From assembly GCA_000151265.1 (NCBI GenBank), contig GG663739.1:412071-444070 (forward strand): a DNA stretch of 32,000 nt, read 5' to 3'. This DNA comes from Micromonas pusilla. Taxonomy: Eukaryota. A program made the translations under genes and the position numbers. The notes under the pieces are model-generated. The model ran no database searches, was not told where the DNA came from, and was given only the letters and a program-made list of their open reading frames with translations. Below, one piece after another: positions 23,001 through 32,000 of the stretch (position 1 is the first letter of the stretch; each line of letters opens with the position of its first letter).

Positions 23001-25756
23001 GTCTCGCCGCCCTTCACCGTCCCCGACGCCGGCGACACCGCGAGCACGCCCGCGAGCTTCTCCGGGATCGCCCACTCGTACAGGATGTCTATCCGCGATT
23101 TGTTCACGACGTTCACGTCCCTGGTCGTGATCGCGCCGACGCACGTGGGCTTGAACACGAACGAGTCCTCGTCCCCGACGACGAGGCTCGGGACGAACCC
23201 TTGCGCGCGCGCGTTCAACACGAGGACGTTCTTCTCGCTGCCGTTGAGCGAGCACGCGATGCTCTCGACGTGCTGCCGCGTGTCGCGCGCGTCGAACCGG
23301 AACGTCACGAGCGCGTGCGAGTGCGGCATGACGTGACCTTTGCTCGGGAAGCATCGCAGCGGCGACGCGGCAGCCGCCGCGGACGCGTTCTCCCCCTCCG
23401 TCGCGTCCGGGCGTTTCGTCGGAAACTCAAAGCCCACCGCGGTGTCGCCGTCGTTGATCAGCGCCACCGTGAGATACGCGCGCTCGCCGCGCACGGTGGG
23501 GGGGGAAAACAGCCGCCCACCGCGGCAGGAGAAGTGGCACTTGGGCATGAACGCGTCGAACATGGCGCGCGCGTCGCGGAACGTGTGCCCGTTCGCCCGC
23601 AGCGTCGTCGTCCACGGCGGCACGAAATTATCCGCGGTGACTTGCCGAAACGACCGCATCGTCTTCACGTACGCGAAACACTCGAGCTGCCTCGTGTAGT
23701 ACCGGTTGTCCATCGACGGACGGAACGTGACCTTAAACTCCTGCGTCTCGCCCGGTCGGACGTCCGCGGCGTCGGGGGTGACCGCGTACGGCCACCTGGC
23801 CGCGGACTCGGCCATCGCGTCTTGGGTCTTCGCCGAGGTGTCGCCCGTCGCGAAGTGCTCTTGCCCGCCCCAAAACACGACGAGCTTCTGCGGGGTATCG
23901 TTCCTAAGGACCACCGTCTTCGCCTCGACCAGCCGCGTCGTGCTGCACGCGCCGAAGTCGAGGTCGGTCACGTCCAGGGACACGCCGCAGTGCGCGTCCG
24001 GCTCGAACAGCGAGCCGAAGGTGTCCGACGGCGGCGCGGCCGCGGCTTCAAAGCGACGTCGGGGTGGAGTTCAAAGGCGTCAGTTGGCGTTGAAAGGCGC
24101 CGAGGGCGGGGATTGAAAGCGGGAGGTGGACGGAGAGAGTCGACGGGCAAAATTCCTTAAGGATCGGCGTTCACCACGCCAATGCGGTCGTATGGGAACC
24201 AGTGTATAGAACGCACCTTCTTGCGCCGCCACCTCCTCCTCGTACGGCTCCCTGTCGCCCGCAATCGGCGGCTGCCCGGGGGATATCAGCCCCAGCGCGC
24301 ACCGCGCGCGGTACGCCTCGACGTGCGAGAGGTACATGGGCGCCGGGCGCCGCTTGGAGTCGTACGACGTGCCGACCGCGTCGAACGCGAGCGGCGGCGC
24401 GTCGCGGAGCGTCACGACGACGCGTTTGTGATAGTTGGCGCACTCGATTGGCGTGAACGTCACCGTCACCGTCGCGGCGGACTTCGGGGGGATCACGCCC
24501 CGGTCGGCGTCGAGCGAGAAGACGCCCAGCGTCTCCGAGTTGATCTGCCAGTGGCAACTCACGTCGCTGTCGTTCTCGATCTGCACCGTGCGCGTCGGCG
24601 TCTTCCCGATCTCCGCCGAGTTGAAGTTGATCTTGTGTAGGCTCAGCGAAACCTTCGGCCCGATCGCCGTCCCTTTCAAGAGCAGCACCGCGACGTTCCC
24701 CCCCGGGGTGATGAACTTGAACGTCTCCGTGCTGAACATCCCGGGCACGCTCGGCGTGTACACGAGCTTGATCATCTCCTTGCCGCTCGCGTCGATCCTC
24801 CCCTCCGCGCCGTCCCACAGCCTGCCGTTTTTCGAACCCACGCGAAACACGTGGTCGTGGAGCGCGTCGTCCGCGACGCGCTCGATCGCGTACGACGCGC
24901 CGACGACGCTCTGGTTCACGAGCCACACGCACAACTCCGTCGTCTTGCCCACGACGACGTCGCCGAAGTCAACCACGCGCTCGGACAGTCGCACGTACGG
25001 GAACTTCCCCACCGCGCTGATCTTCGTCTCGGACGCGGCGACGCCGCCGTTGAGGACGAGAGCCGCGCGCAGCACCGAGACGCTCGCGTCCTCGGGCGTG
25101 AACTCCGCGCGCGCCATCCCCGTCTCGCCCGGCTTCAGACGCCCGGTCAGCGGGCTCAGCGCGAACGCGCACGGCGACGGGATCTTCCACTCGTACTCGA
25201 ACGGCTCGTCGCCGTCGTTGACGAACGCGAAGTCTTTCGCGATGCGCTCGCGCACCGCGCCGTAGCCGAGGTCGACCGCGGGCGCGAGCGCGACGGACGT
25301 CACCGGCAGCAGCGCCGCGATCGCGACTCGAAACGTGTCGTGCGGCTCCGGGTGTATTCCGCGGACTTTGAACTCCACGAAGTCCTCGTACTGTTCCGTC
25401 TTGATCGGGCGAAACGTCACGTCCACGCTCGCGCTCATCCCGGGCGAGAGCGTGATGACCTCAGGGAACTCGAGCTCGAAGTACTTCGTCTTCGGCATGC
25501 GGTACTTGAGCTTGAGCGTCTTCGTGCTGACGTTCTTCAGCGCGATCGTGCGGACGTACTCCCCGCCGGGCTCCCACGTCCCTCCGCGCCACGTGAGCCG
25601 CTCCGGGCAGTCGATGCCCCAGACCTGCACGCGCTCGTATCGCGCGGTCATCGTCGGAGGCGCCAACGTCTCGTACCGCGACGTGGTGGTCGCGCCCGCG
25701 CCGCGCGCGCTCCCGCCGGGGGGGAGCGAGGTCCCGACCGCGGCGCCGCGGCCCAT
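20027..25756 (-). CDS. Very large MSP/ASH (PapD-like) domain-array flagellar protein, CFAP65 (CCDC108)-like, 2 exons, 1852 aa
   Basis: ORFs 24080..25756 and 20027..23983 join after removal of element copy E. Exon 1 is 25756..24217 (1540 nt, phase 1) and exon 2 is 24045..20027 (4019 nt), giving 5559 nt = 1852 codons + stop, with junction ...[39 protein letters not shown]. The N-terminal [75 protein letters not shown], the size, and repeated LxNxS...beta-rich modules match my recollection of CFAP65. The gene structure is solid; the family name is less so. Confidence 0.7.
24046..24216 (-). mobile_element. Introner-like element copy E (171 bp), partly 3'-truncated, forming the only intron of the CFAP65-like gene
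   Basis: The minus strand reads GTGCGTTCTATACACTGGTTCCCATACGACCGCATTGGCGTGGTGAACGCCGATCCTTAAGGAA...CCAACTGACGCCTTTGAACTCCACCCCGACGTCGCTTTGAAG. GAAG direct repeats flank it. The terminal GTACGGAACGACCCT arm is missing. Confidence 0.85.
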
Positions 25757-26227
25757 CTCGGCGGGCGGGCGGACGGACGGCGCGAGCGCGCGTTCCGATG
25801 CGTGCGCGCGAGCGGACGACGGTGCCGTGCGTCGCCGCGCCCCGCGCGCGCTCTCTGCCGCGCGATCGACGGCGAGAGCGCGGAGGATTGACTTCCGCGT
25901 TTGGAAGCGAGCGGCAACGAATGGATTCTTGAAAGGGCGTTTTCATCGGCGTTCTCGGCGTTTTTCATCGACGTTTCTTTCAAAATCGGCGACGTTCAAA
26001 GGCTGCTTGACCCTCGCGATCGCCGAACGTATCGATCCTCGATCGAATCGACGGCGACGGCGGACGCGAACGTGCTTGGCTTCTGTTGGCGGCTGCGGCG
26101 CGCCCGCCGCGAGCTCTCTTTTCGACGCACCGGGCCGCGACACCGCCGGCGCCGCGCGTTCCGTGTACACGCGTCCGTCCCGTTCGAAGGACACGCGAAG
26201 ACGCGCGGAAGAGAGGGCGAGACACGC

Positions 26228-26262
<35 letters not shown>

Positions 26263-26324
26263 GCGCGGAGAAGGGCAGCGCCGAGGCAGGGTTTTTCACC
26301 GCGGCGCGCGCGGTTCCGCCCGTC
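25757..26324. promoter_or_regulatory. Divergent intergenic region (CFAP65-like leftward, eIF3e rightward), presumptive bidirectional promoter; contains (GTC)10 at 26231-26260
   Basis: Bounded by divergent start codons. ORFs called here are Arg/Ser-rich shadows. No specific motif evidence. Confidence 0.3.
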
Positions 26325-27880
26325 ATGGCGCCCGTCGAAGCGAAGACGCACGACCTGACGTCCGAGGTGCGCGTCTGAACCCGCTCGCGGACGTTCCCGC
26401 GCGCGACGGGCGCGACGGCGCGGCGCGAGGGCGCGCCCCGACGCGCGATCGCGCCGCCGTGGCCGCGCCTTTTCCCACCCCGTCGTCGTCGATTCTTTTC
26501 GGCCGATCGTTAGATCGCATCCCGCCTCCGCCTCGCGCGCGATCGACCCTCGACTGACGCCCCCCGCGTCCCACCCCGCGTCCCGATCGTCCACCGCGAA
26601 ACGCGTCAAACTATCTATGACGACAGCTCGGGAAGTACCTCGACCGCCACCTCGTGTTCCCGCTCCTGGAGTTCCTCCAAGCGAAGCGCGTGTACCCGGA
26701 GAACGAGGTCTTGGAGGCGAAGATCGCGCTGCTTAACAAGACGAACATGCTCGACTTCGCCGCGGACATCTACAAGTCGCTCCACAACAAGAGCGACGTC
26801 CCGGCGGCGATGCAGCAGCGGAGGGAGGAGGTCATCGCGAACCTCACGGAGCTGTCCGTGAAGGCGGAGAAGGTGGTGAACTTTCTGTCGGACCCGACGC
26901 TCGTGAAGCAGCTCCGAAGCGACAAGGCGTTCAACCTCGCCTTTCTTCAAGAATCGCACGGCGTCGGCCCCGAGGATATCGACGCGCTGTTCCACTACGC
27001 CAAGTTCCAGTTCGAGTGCGGGAACTATCAGGCCGCGGGGGAGTTCCTCTCGCACTACCGCGGCCTGTGCACGAACAGCGAGCGCGGCGCGAGCGCGTTG
27101 TGGGGCAAGTTTGCCTCGGACATTCTCCTGCAGCAGTGGGACGCCGCCGTGGAGGACCTGACGCGGCTCAAGGACGCGGTGGAGAACCGCGCGTACTCCA
27201 GCCCGCTCGCGCACGTGCACGCGCGGACGTGGCTCGTTCACTGGGCGCTGTTCGTGTTCTTCAACCACGAGAACGGGCGGAACGCGATCATCGACTTGTT
27301 CTTTCAAGAGCGATACATGCAGGCGATTCAAGCCGAGGCGCCGCATCTCTTGCGGTACCTCGCGGCGGCGATCATCACGAACAAGCGCCGCCGCAGCATG
27401 CTGAAGGACCTCGTCAGGATCCTGCAGTGCGAGACGTACTCGGACCCGATCACGGAGTTTTTGCTGAAGCTGTTCGTGGAGTACGATTTCGACGGCGCGC
27501 AGACGAAGCTCGCGGAGTGCGACGTCGTGCTCGAGAATGATTTCTTCCTCGTCGGCTGCAAGGACGAGTTCAACGAGAACGCGCGTCTCTTCATCTTCGA
27601 GACGTACTGCAGGATTCACCAGCGCATCGACATCAAGATGCTCGCGGATAAACTGTCCATGGACCACGACAGCGCGGAGCGGTGGATCGTGAACTTGATC
27701 CGGAGCACGAAGCTCAACGCGAAGATCGACTCGGAGAAGGGGACGGTGCAGATGTACGACCAGGCGCAGAGCGTTCACGACATGATCGTCGAGAAGACGA
27801 AGGCGCTCACGTCGAAGACGTACTCGCTGTCGCACGCGGTGTTGTCGAACACCCAGGCGCAGGCTGGGTCGGTCGTGTGA
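26325..27880 (+). CDS. EIF3E: Eukaryotic translation initiation factor 3 subunit E (eIF3e/INT6), 2 exons, 431 aa
   Basis: Exon 1 is 26325..26366 (MAPVEAKTHDLTSE). The intron is 26367..26626 (GTGCGC...CTGAC...ACAG, 260 bp, phase 0). Exon 2 is 26627..27880 ([45 protein letters not shown]...YAKFQFECGNYQAAGEFL...WDAAVEDLTRLK...RTWLVHWALFVFFNHENGRNAIIDLF...DPITEFLLKLFVEYDFDGAQ...ENARLFIFETYCRIHQRIDIKMLADKLSM...AERWIVNLIRSTKLNAKIDS). It is collinear with human eIF3e throughout, including the spliced N-terminus ([23 protein letters not shown]). Confidence 0.9.
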
Positions 27881-27980
27881 ACGTCGGTGAGTGGTGGGGG
27901 TTGCGTACTGTAGAGCTTTAGTCGTTCCAAAATGCTGAAAAGAACAAAGACGCGACGCGTCTGGTCTTGAATAAATCGCA

Positions 27981-30296
27981 TCACTTCGCGGCGCGCTTCC
28001 CTCGCGTCGTCGGCGTCTTCGTCGACGTCGTCGCTTTCCGCTTCGTCCCCGTCGCCGCCCTAGCCTTGGCCGGCGTCTTCGCCTTCGCGGCCGGGCTCTT
28101 CTTCACGCCAAACTCCTCGAAGATGACGTCCTTCCAGCGCTTCTCGTCGGCCACCGTGAACGCGGCGTCCTCGTCGATTTCCTCGTCCTCGAAATCTTCG
28201 GGGAGGTCGGGGTACGCGTCGTCGTCGTCGTCGTCCTTCTTCTTCGCGGCCGCCTTCTTCGCGCCGACGGGGGTCTTCGCCTTCGCCTTGACCGGGGCCT
28301 TCTTCGTCGACTTGGCCGGAGTCTTCTTCTTCGCGTTCTTCGCGCCGCCGCCAAAGTCGTCGAACGTCACGTCTGCGTATTTCTTTTTATCCGCCGCGGT
28401 GAACGCGCTCGCTTCGTCAATCTCCTCGTCTTCAAAGTCCGAAGGGAGCTCGTCGTAGTCTTGAACCGCTCTGACGACGATCTTCGACGCGGTCGCGGGC
28501 GTCTTCGTCTTAGCGGGCGTCTTCGTCTTAGCGGGCGTCTTCGTCTTAGCGGGCGTCTTCGTCTTAGCGGGCGTCTTCGTCTTCGTCTTCGCCGCCGGGG
28601 TCTTTTTCGCCTTCTTCGCCGAGCCGCCGCCGCCAAAGTCCTCGAACGAGATGTCCCTCCACCGCTTCTTGTCCTCCTCCGTGAACGCGGCGCCCTCTTC
28701 GATCTCCTCGTCCTCGAAATCTTCGGGGAGATCGGGGTACGCGTCGTCGTCGACCGCGGCGGGAATGGCGACGTCCCGCCGCTTCTCGCCCTCACCCCCC
28801 TTCGTCTTCGCGTTGAATGCCTTCTTCGCCTTCCCCCCGCGCGCCACATCCATCGCCGCCTCCCTCGAACACCGCTCGCAGACGCACTCGAACCCGTACA
28901 CCTCCCTCAGCTCGTCCCGACGCTCCCCGACGTCCGCGTCCACGTCCACGTACGCGATCGTGAGCTCCTCCCCCGGCTTCAGCGTCCTCCTCGCGACGAC
29001 CAGCACCCTCGCGTCGTCGACGTACGCAACCTCGCAGTTGGGATCGCACGAGTGGTTCAGCGAAGACGCGAGCGGGAACACCGCGGCGCCGCGCATCGCG
29101 GGGAACAGCGACGTGTCGAACTCGATCGCGTCGTCGCCCTTCCCCCAGATGAAGTCGCACCTCTCGTCTCTCTCCTCGTCCTCGGCCTCGTCGTCGCTGT
29201 CGCCGTCGCTGTCGTCCTCGCTGTCGAGCGCGGCGCCGTCGAGAAGCGCGTTTTCCTCGTCGACGCGCCTCGCGACCCGGACGTCGCGCTCGCGCGAGAG
29301 CCACCGCACGACGCCCCGCATCGGCCCCGTCACCGACGCGTCGCCCGTGTTGGCGCCCGGGGTGGTGACCAGGTACCGCGTGATAGGGTTCGGGACCTTC
29401 ACCGTCATCGAGTTCATCTGCGCGGCGCCGCACAGGCGCGCGAAGCCGTCGCGCGATGCGATGGACGCGCCGGAGACGGCAAACGCGGGCGCGTCTCTCA
29501 ACGCCGCCTCCCCGAAGGCTCTCTTCAGCGTCAGCTCCAGCGACGGCCACGCGGCGTCCACGAGCGCTCTCAACCCCTCGCGCGCCAACTCGTCGCTCGC
29601 GAGCTCGTGAATCTGCGCGTTCGCCAGGTGCCGGACGCCGTCGACGTCGAGCGCGTCGCGGGGGGCGAGCGCGCACGCGGCGAGTTGCGCCGCGAGCATC
29701 GCGCACCGACGGTCGGCGCGAGGGGCGCCGCCGACGACGTCTATGAACGCGCGCCACTCTTCGTTGGCGCGCACGCGCAGCTTCAAGAACCCGGTGCACG
29801 TGCACGGCCACGAGGAGTCGCGGCCGTCGCCGCAGTACCTCGAGCCATAGATGTTCGTCGCGTCCGCGAGTACGAACGGCTGCGCGTCCGAGACTGGGAG
29901 TTTCTTCTTGAACTTCTGAGGCGCGAGATCCGCGATGGGAGGCGGCGGCAGCGCCTTCGAGCCCTTCCGCGGCGGCGGCGCGTCCGCGGCGTCGCGCGAC
30001 GCGGCGGCGGCGCGCGATCTAAGCAACGCCTCGAGCTGGGAGGCGATATTTCCGGTGAACGCGCCGCACGTCTCGCACGTCTCGTACGGCGGCGGCGGCG
30101 ATTCGTCGACGTCCTCGAGCGCGGCGGCGGTCAGATCGACGGCGCGAAGCAGCGCGCACGGCGCGTCCCTGAGCGCGACGTCGCCCTCGGCGAGGTGCAC
30201 GAGCGCGTAGACGCCCTTGCCCTTGGCGGCGTCGTCGCAGTCGCGCGTCTGCACGACCGCGGTCTCCCCGAGGGCGGTCGCGAAGAGGACGTCCAT
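27981..30296 (-). CDS. SET-domain (SMYD-like split SET) protein with a C-terminal tail of three acidic-aromatic/Lys-rich repeat modules
   Basis: 771-codon uninterrupted ORF. The SET C-terminal core and post-SET read FPLASSLNHSCDPNCEVAYVDDARVLVVARRTLKPGEELTIAYVD...YGFECVCERCSRE. The tail carries three copies of YPDLPEDFEDEEI(D/E)E.AAFT..D(K/E)KRW.D..FE.FG, each followed by a Lys/Ala/Thr/Pro-rich run. Confidence 0.8.
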   Translation of the reverse strand: MDVLFATALGETAVVQTRDCDDAAKGKGVYALVHLAEGDVALRDAPCALLRAVDLTAAALEDVDESPPPPYETCETCGAFTGNIASQLEALLRSRAAAASRDAADAPPPRKGSKALPPPPIADLAPQKFKKKLPVSDAQPFVLADATNIYGSRYCGDGRDSSWPCTCTGFLKLRVRANEEWRAFIDVVGGAPRADRRCAMLAAQLAACALAPRDALDVDGVRHLANAQIHELASDELAREGLRALVDAAWPSLELTLKRAFGEAALRDAPAFAVSGASIASRDGFARLCGAAQMNSMTVKVPNPITRYLVTTPGANTGDASVTGPMRGVVRWLSRERDVRVARRVDEENALLDGAALDSEDDSDGDSDDEAEDEERDERCDFIWGKGDDAIEFDTSLFPAMRGAAVFPLASSLNHSCDPNCEVAYVDDARVLVVARRTLKPGEELTIAYVDVDADVGERRDELREVYGFECVCERCSREAAMDVARGGKAKKAFNAKTKGGEGEKRRDVAIPAAVDDDAYPDLPEDFEDEEIEEGAAFTEEDKKRWRDISFEDFGGGGSAKKAKKTPAAKTKTKTPAKTKTPAKTKTPAKTKTPAKTKTPATASKIVVRAVQDYDELPSDFEDEEIDEASAFTAADKKKYADVTFDDFGGGAKNAKKKTPAKSTKKAPVKAKAKTPVGAKKAAAKKKDDDDDDAYPDLPEDFEDEEIDEDAAFTVADEKRWKDVIFEEFGVKKSPAAKAKTPAKARAATGTKRKATTSTKTPTTRGKRAAK
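28498..28590. repeat. 18-bp perfect tandem repeat (gggcgtcttcgtcttagc x4, then degenerate), coding (TKTPAK)n on the minus strand
   Basis: Direct reading. In frame within the SET-protein tail (KTKTPAKTKTPAKTKTPAKTKTPAKTKTPA). Confidence 0.9.
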
Positions 30297-30448
30297 CTCG
30301 TGAGGCGGCGCGGAGGGATGTGATGCGCGTGCGCTCGTCCGCGTCCGCCGCGACCGAAACTCGCACTCGCGCTGACGATTCGAGGCGCGCGCGCGCGCCC
30401 CTTCGCATTCGAAGAGACGCCCCGGCGACGCCGCCGACGCGTCGCACG

Positions 30449-32000
30449 ATGAAGTCGACGACGGGGTCCGTTCGCTTCGCGACGCACGTCGTCGTCGTCA
30501 TCCTCCTCCTCTTCCTCGCGCGCGTCCCCGCCGCGCGCGCGACGGCGACGCCCGCGATCTCGCGCGCCGCGTCGTCGTCGTCTTCGCACACGCTCGCGCT
30601 TCGTCCGCGCGCGGGATCGGACGACGTCTCGCACCGACGCGAGACGGACGCGATGCGCGCGACGAGAAGACGCCTTCTGAGCGACGCGTCGTCCGCGCAC
30701 GACGCCTCCGCGACGATGCCCGTGCGCGGATCGCTGCGCGAGCACGGGTACCACTACGCGGAGGTCGCGCTCGGGACGTTCGATCCCCCGCGGTTTTTCC
30801 AAGTCATCGTCGACACCGGGTCGTCGTACCTCTACGTCCCGTGCGGCGACTGCGGGGAGAAATGCGGGACGCACACGAACGCGACGTACGACCTGGCCCA
30901 CTCCACGACCGGGCTCGGCGTCCTGTGCACCGACAGGGACTGCCCGACGACGTGCCCGCGCGCGCGCGGTCGCGGGCGGCGGCGGCGGCGGCTCCTCGGC
31001 GCCGACGGCGGCGGCGACGTCCCGCGGTGCGAATTCTCCGCGAGCTACGCGGAGATGAGCTCCGTGCGCGGGCGCGTCGTGCGCGATAGGATACACCTCG
31101 GCGAAGAGATCGGCGCCGTGGACGTGACGTTCGGGTGCACGATGGAGGAGAAGGGCAGCATCTTCCGGCAGGAGGCGGATGGGCTCATGGGGATGGGACG
31201 CGCCAACGACATGTCCATGCCGGTGCAGCTGAGCCGTCGCCACGGCCTCGCGGACGTGTTCTCGCTGTGTTACAACAACTTCACCGGCGGCGGCGCGCTG
31301 ACGTTCGGGCGCGCGAAGGGGATGGGCGACGGCGAGGCGCACGCGGACCACCCGGAGAATTCGTTGGGGTTCACGCCGTTGAAGAGGACGGGAAACAAAA
31401 ACTTTTACGGCGTGGACGTCGAGAGCATGACGATGAACGGCGAGACGTTCGGCACCGAGGCGGAGTTCGCCGTCGGAAGAGGGTCCGTGATGGACAGCGG
31501 GACGACGATGACGTACGTGCCCGCGAGCGTGTTCAAGAAGCTCACGAAGGCGTTGCAAGACGCGGCGGAAAAGAACGACGAGAATCTCAAGCTCGAGAAA
31601 GTCGCCGGGCCGGACCCGAAGTATCCGGACGACGTCTGCTACGCGAACCCCACGGCGACGTGGGATAACGTGCATGACTTCTTCCCGAACCTCACGATCA
31701 CCTTCAAAGGCGGCGTCGCGCTCGAGACGCCGCCGGGGAACTACTTATTCGCGCACGGGAAGGACCCGCACGCGTTTTGCCTCGGCATCATGGCCAACGG
31801 CAACGCGGGCGCGCTGATCGGCGCCATCTCCACGCGCGACGTCTTCGTGCAGTACGACGTGGAAAACTCGCGGATCGGCTTCGCGAAGACGGACTGCGCG
31901 AGCTTCCTCGCGACGCACACGACGAACATGTCGTTCGCGGCGGAGCCAAAGTACCGCGTGCCCGCGAACGACGCGCCGGATTTTTACGACATCAACAGCG
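30449..32000 (+). CDS. Pepsin-like (A1 family) aspartyl protease, plant atypical/nepenthesin-like type, signal peptide; 3' end beyond the window (partial)
   Basis: The frame is open from ATG 30449 to the window end. It is absent from the ORF track because it has no stop in the window. MKSTTGSVRFATHVVVVILLLFLARVPAARA is signal-like. Catalytic motifs are VIVDTGSSYLYVP and SVMDSGTTMTYVP. The Cys-rich segment after the first Asp is typical of plant atypical A1 proteases and contains an Arg/Gly-rich insert (PRARGRGRRRRRLLGADGGGD). The long minus ORF 30131..31675 is its antisense shadow. Confidence 0.85.
   Translation, partial: MKSTTGSVRFATHVVVVILLLFLARVPAARATATPAISRAASSSSSHTLALRPRAGSDDVSHRRETDAMRATRRRLLSDASSAHDASATMPVRGSLREHGYHYAEVALGTFDPPRFFQVIVDTGSSYLYVPCGDCGEKCGTHTNATYDLAHSTTGLGVLCTDRDCPTTCPRARGRGRRRRRLLGADGGGDVPRCEFSASYAEMSSVRGRVVRDRIHLGEEIGAVDVTFGCTMEEKGSIFRQEADGLMGMGRANDMSMPVQLSRRHGLADVFSLCYNNFTGGGALTFGRAKGMGDGEAHADHPENSLGFTPLKRTGNKNFYGVDVESMTMNGETFGTEAEFAVGRGSVMDSGTTMTYVPASVFKKLTKALQDAAEKNDENLKLEKVAGPDPKYPDDVCYANPTATWDNVHDFFPNLTITFKGGVALETPPGNYLFAHGKDPHAFCLGIMANGNAGALIGAISTRDVFVQYDVENSRIGFAKTDCASFLATHTTNMSFAAEPKYRVPANDAPDFYDINS

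Noticed and set aside
20081-24160. Largest ORF in the track (1359 aa, plus strand)
   Set aside because: It is antisense to the CFAP65-like gene. The translation is dominated by Arg/Gly/Ala/Asp runs with no domain-like segments. This is typical of shadow ORFs in genomes where G/C-rich third positions deplete stop codons on the opposite strand.
26367-26626. eIF3e intron 1, CYP97 intron 1 and IFT20 introns 1-2 as members of a second introner family
   Set aside because: By eye they share only the donor (G[T/C]GCG), the CTGAC branch motif and C-rich tracts. I found no extended shared sequence among them or with the main element. A sensitive genome-wide alignment would be needed to revisit this.
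28498-28590. Perfect 18-bp tandem repeat as a non-coding minisatellite
   Set aside because: It is a multiple of 3 and in frame, and it encodes (TKTPAK)n inside the Lys-rich tail of the SET-domain ORF. It is reported as a coding repeat instead.
30131-31675. 514-aa minus-strand ORF
   Set aside because: It is the antisense shadow of the aspartyl protease gene, whose plus frame carries both DTGS and DSGT catalytic motifs. The minus translation is Arg/Val/His-rich and motif-free.
1-32000. Prokaryotic-style systems (operons, defence islands, CRISPR, integrons)
   Set aside because: The window has spliceosomal introns, eukaryote-specific genes (eIF3e, IFT20, SLC25 carrier, SET, F-box), monocistronic genes on alternating strands and a pol III tRNA gene with an intron. 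No Shine-Dalgarno-linked gene strings or repeat-spacer arrays are present.

Overview
High-GC (about two-thirds G+C by eye), gene-dense, intron-poor eukaryotic nuclear DNA. Strong G/C third-position codon bias produces many long antisense shadow ORFs in the supplied track. The gene content includes IFT20, a CFAP65-like flagellar protein, a plastid-type CYP97 carotenoid hydroxylase, eIF3e, PP2C, a mitochondrial carrier and a SET-domain protein. Together with a repeated ~155-187 bp intron-forming element, this points to a flagellated prasinophyte green alga, most consistent with a Micromonas pusilla CCMP1545-type genome. That assignment is from memory; no search was run. I call 16 protein-coding genes (2 truncated by the window edges, 3 weak), one intron-containing tRNA-Asn(GUU), several microsatellites and several in-frame coding tandem repeats. 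I resolve about 10 spliceosomal introns by hand. Five are copies of one introner-like element, and a sixth, 5'-truncated fragment sits at the left edge. Every copy is in sense orientation to its host gene, starts with the 5' splice site, and ends in an AG that belongs to a short flanking direct repeat. This element class is already published for Micromonas, so I do not claim it as new. The less expected details are two to three GC-AG donors (one inside an element copy), 3'-truncated copies that still splice cleanly on paper, a copy in a 3' UTR 31 nt after a stop codon, and a donor-less fragment that appears to supply a stop codon. Other points worth a second look are a TraB + LON-N-domain fusion, a SET protein with a triplicated acidic/basic tail, a CYP97 with a ~115-aa C-terminal extension, a 115-bp promoter-proximal tandem duplication, an A32 tract in a low-GC island, and adjacent ciliary genes. 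I see no CRISPR, operon-like or defence-island structure. All family assignments rest on motif recognition by eye and need database confirmation.
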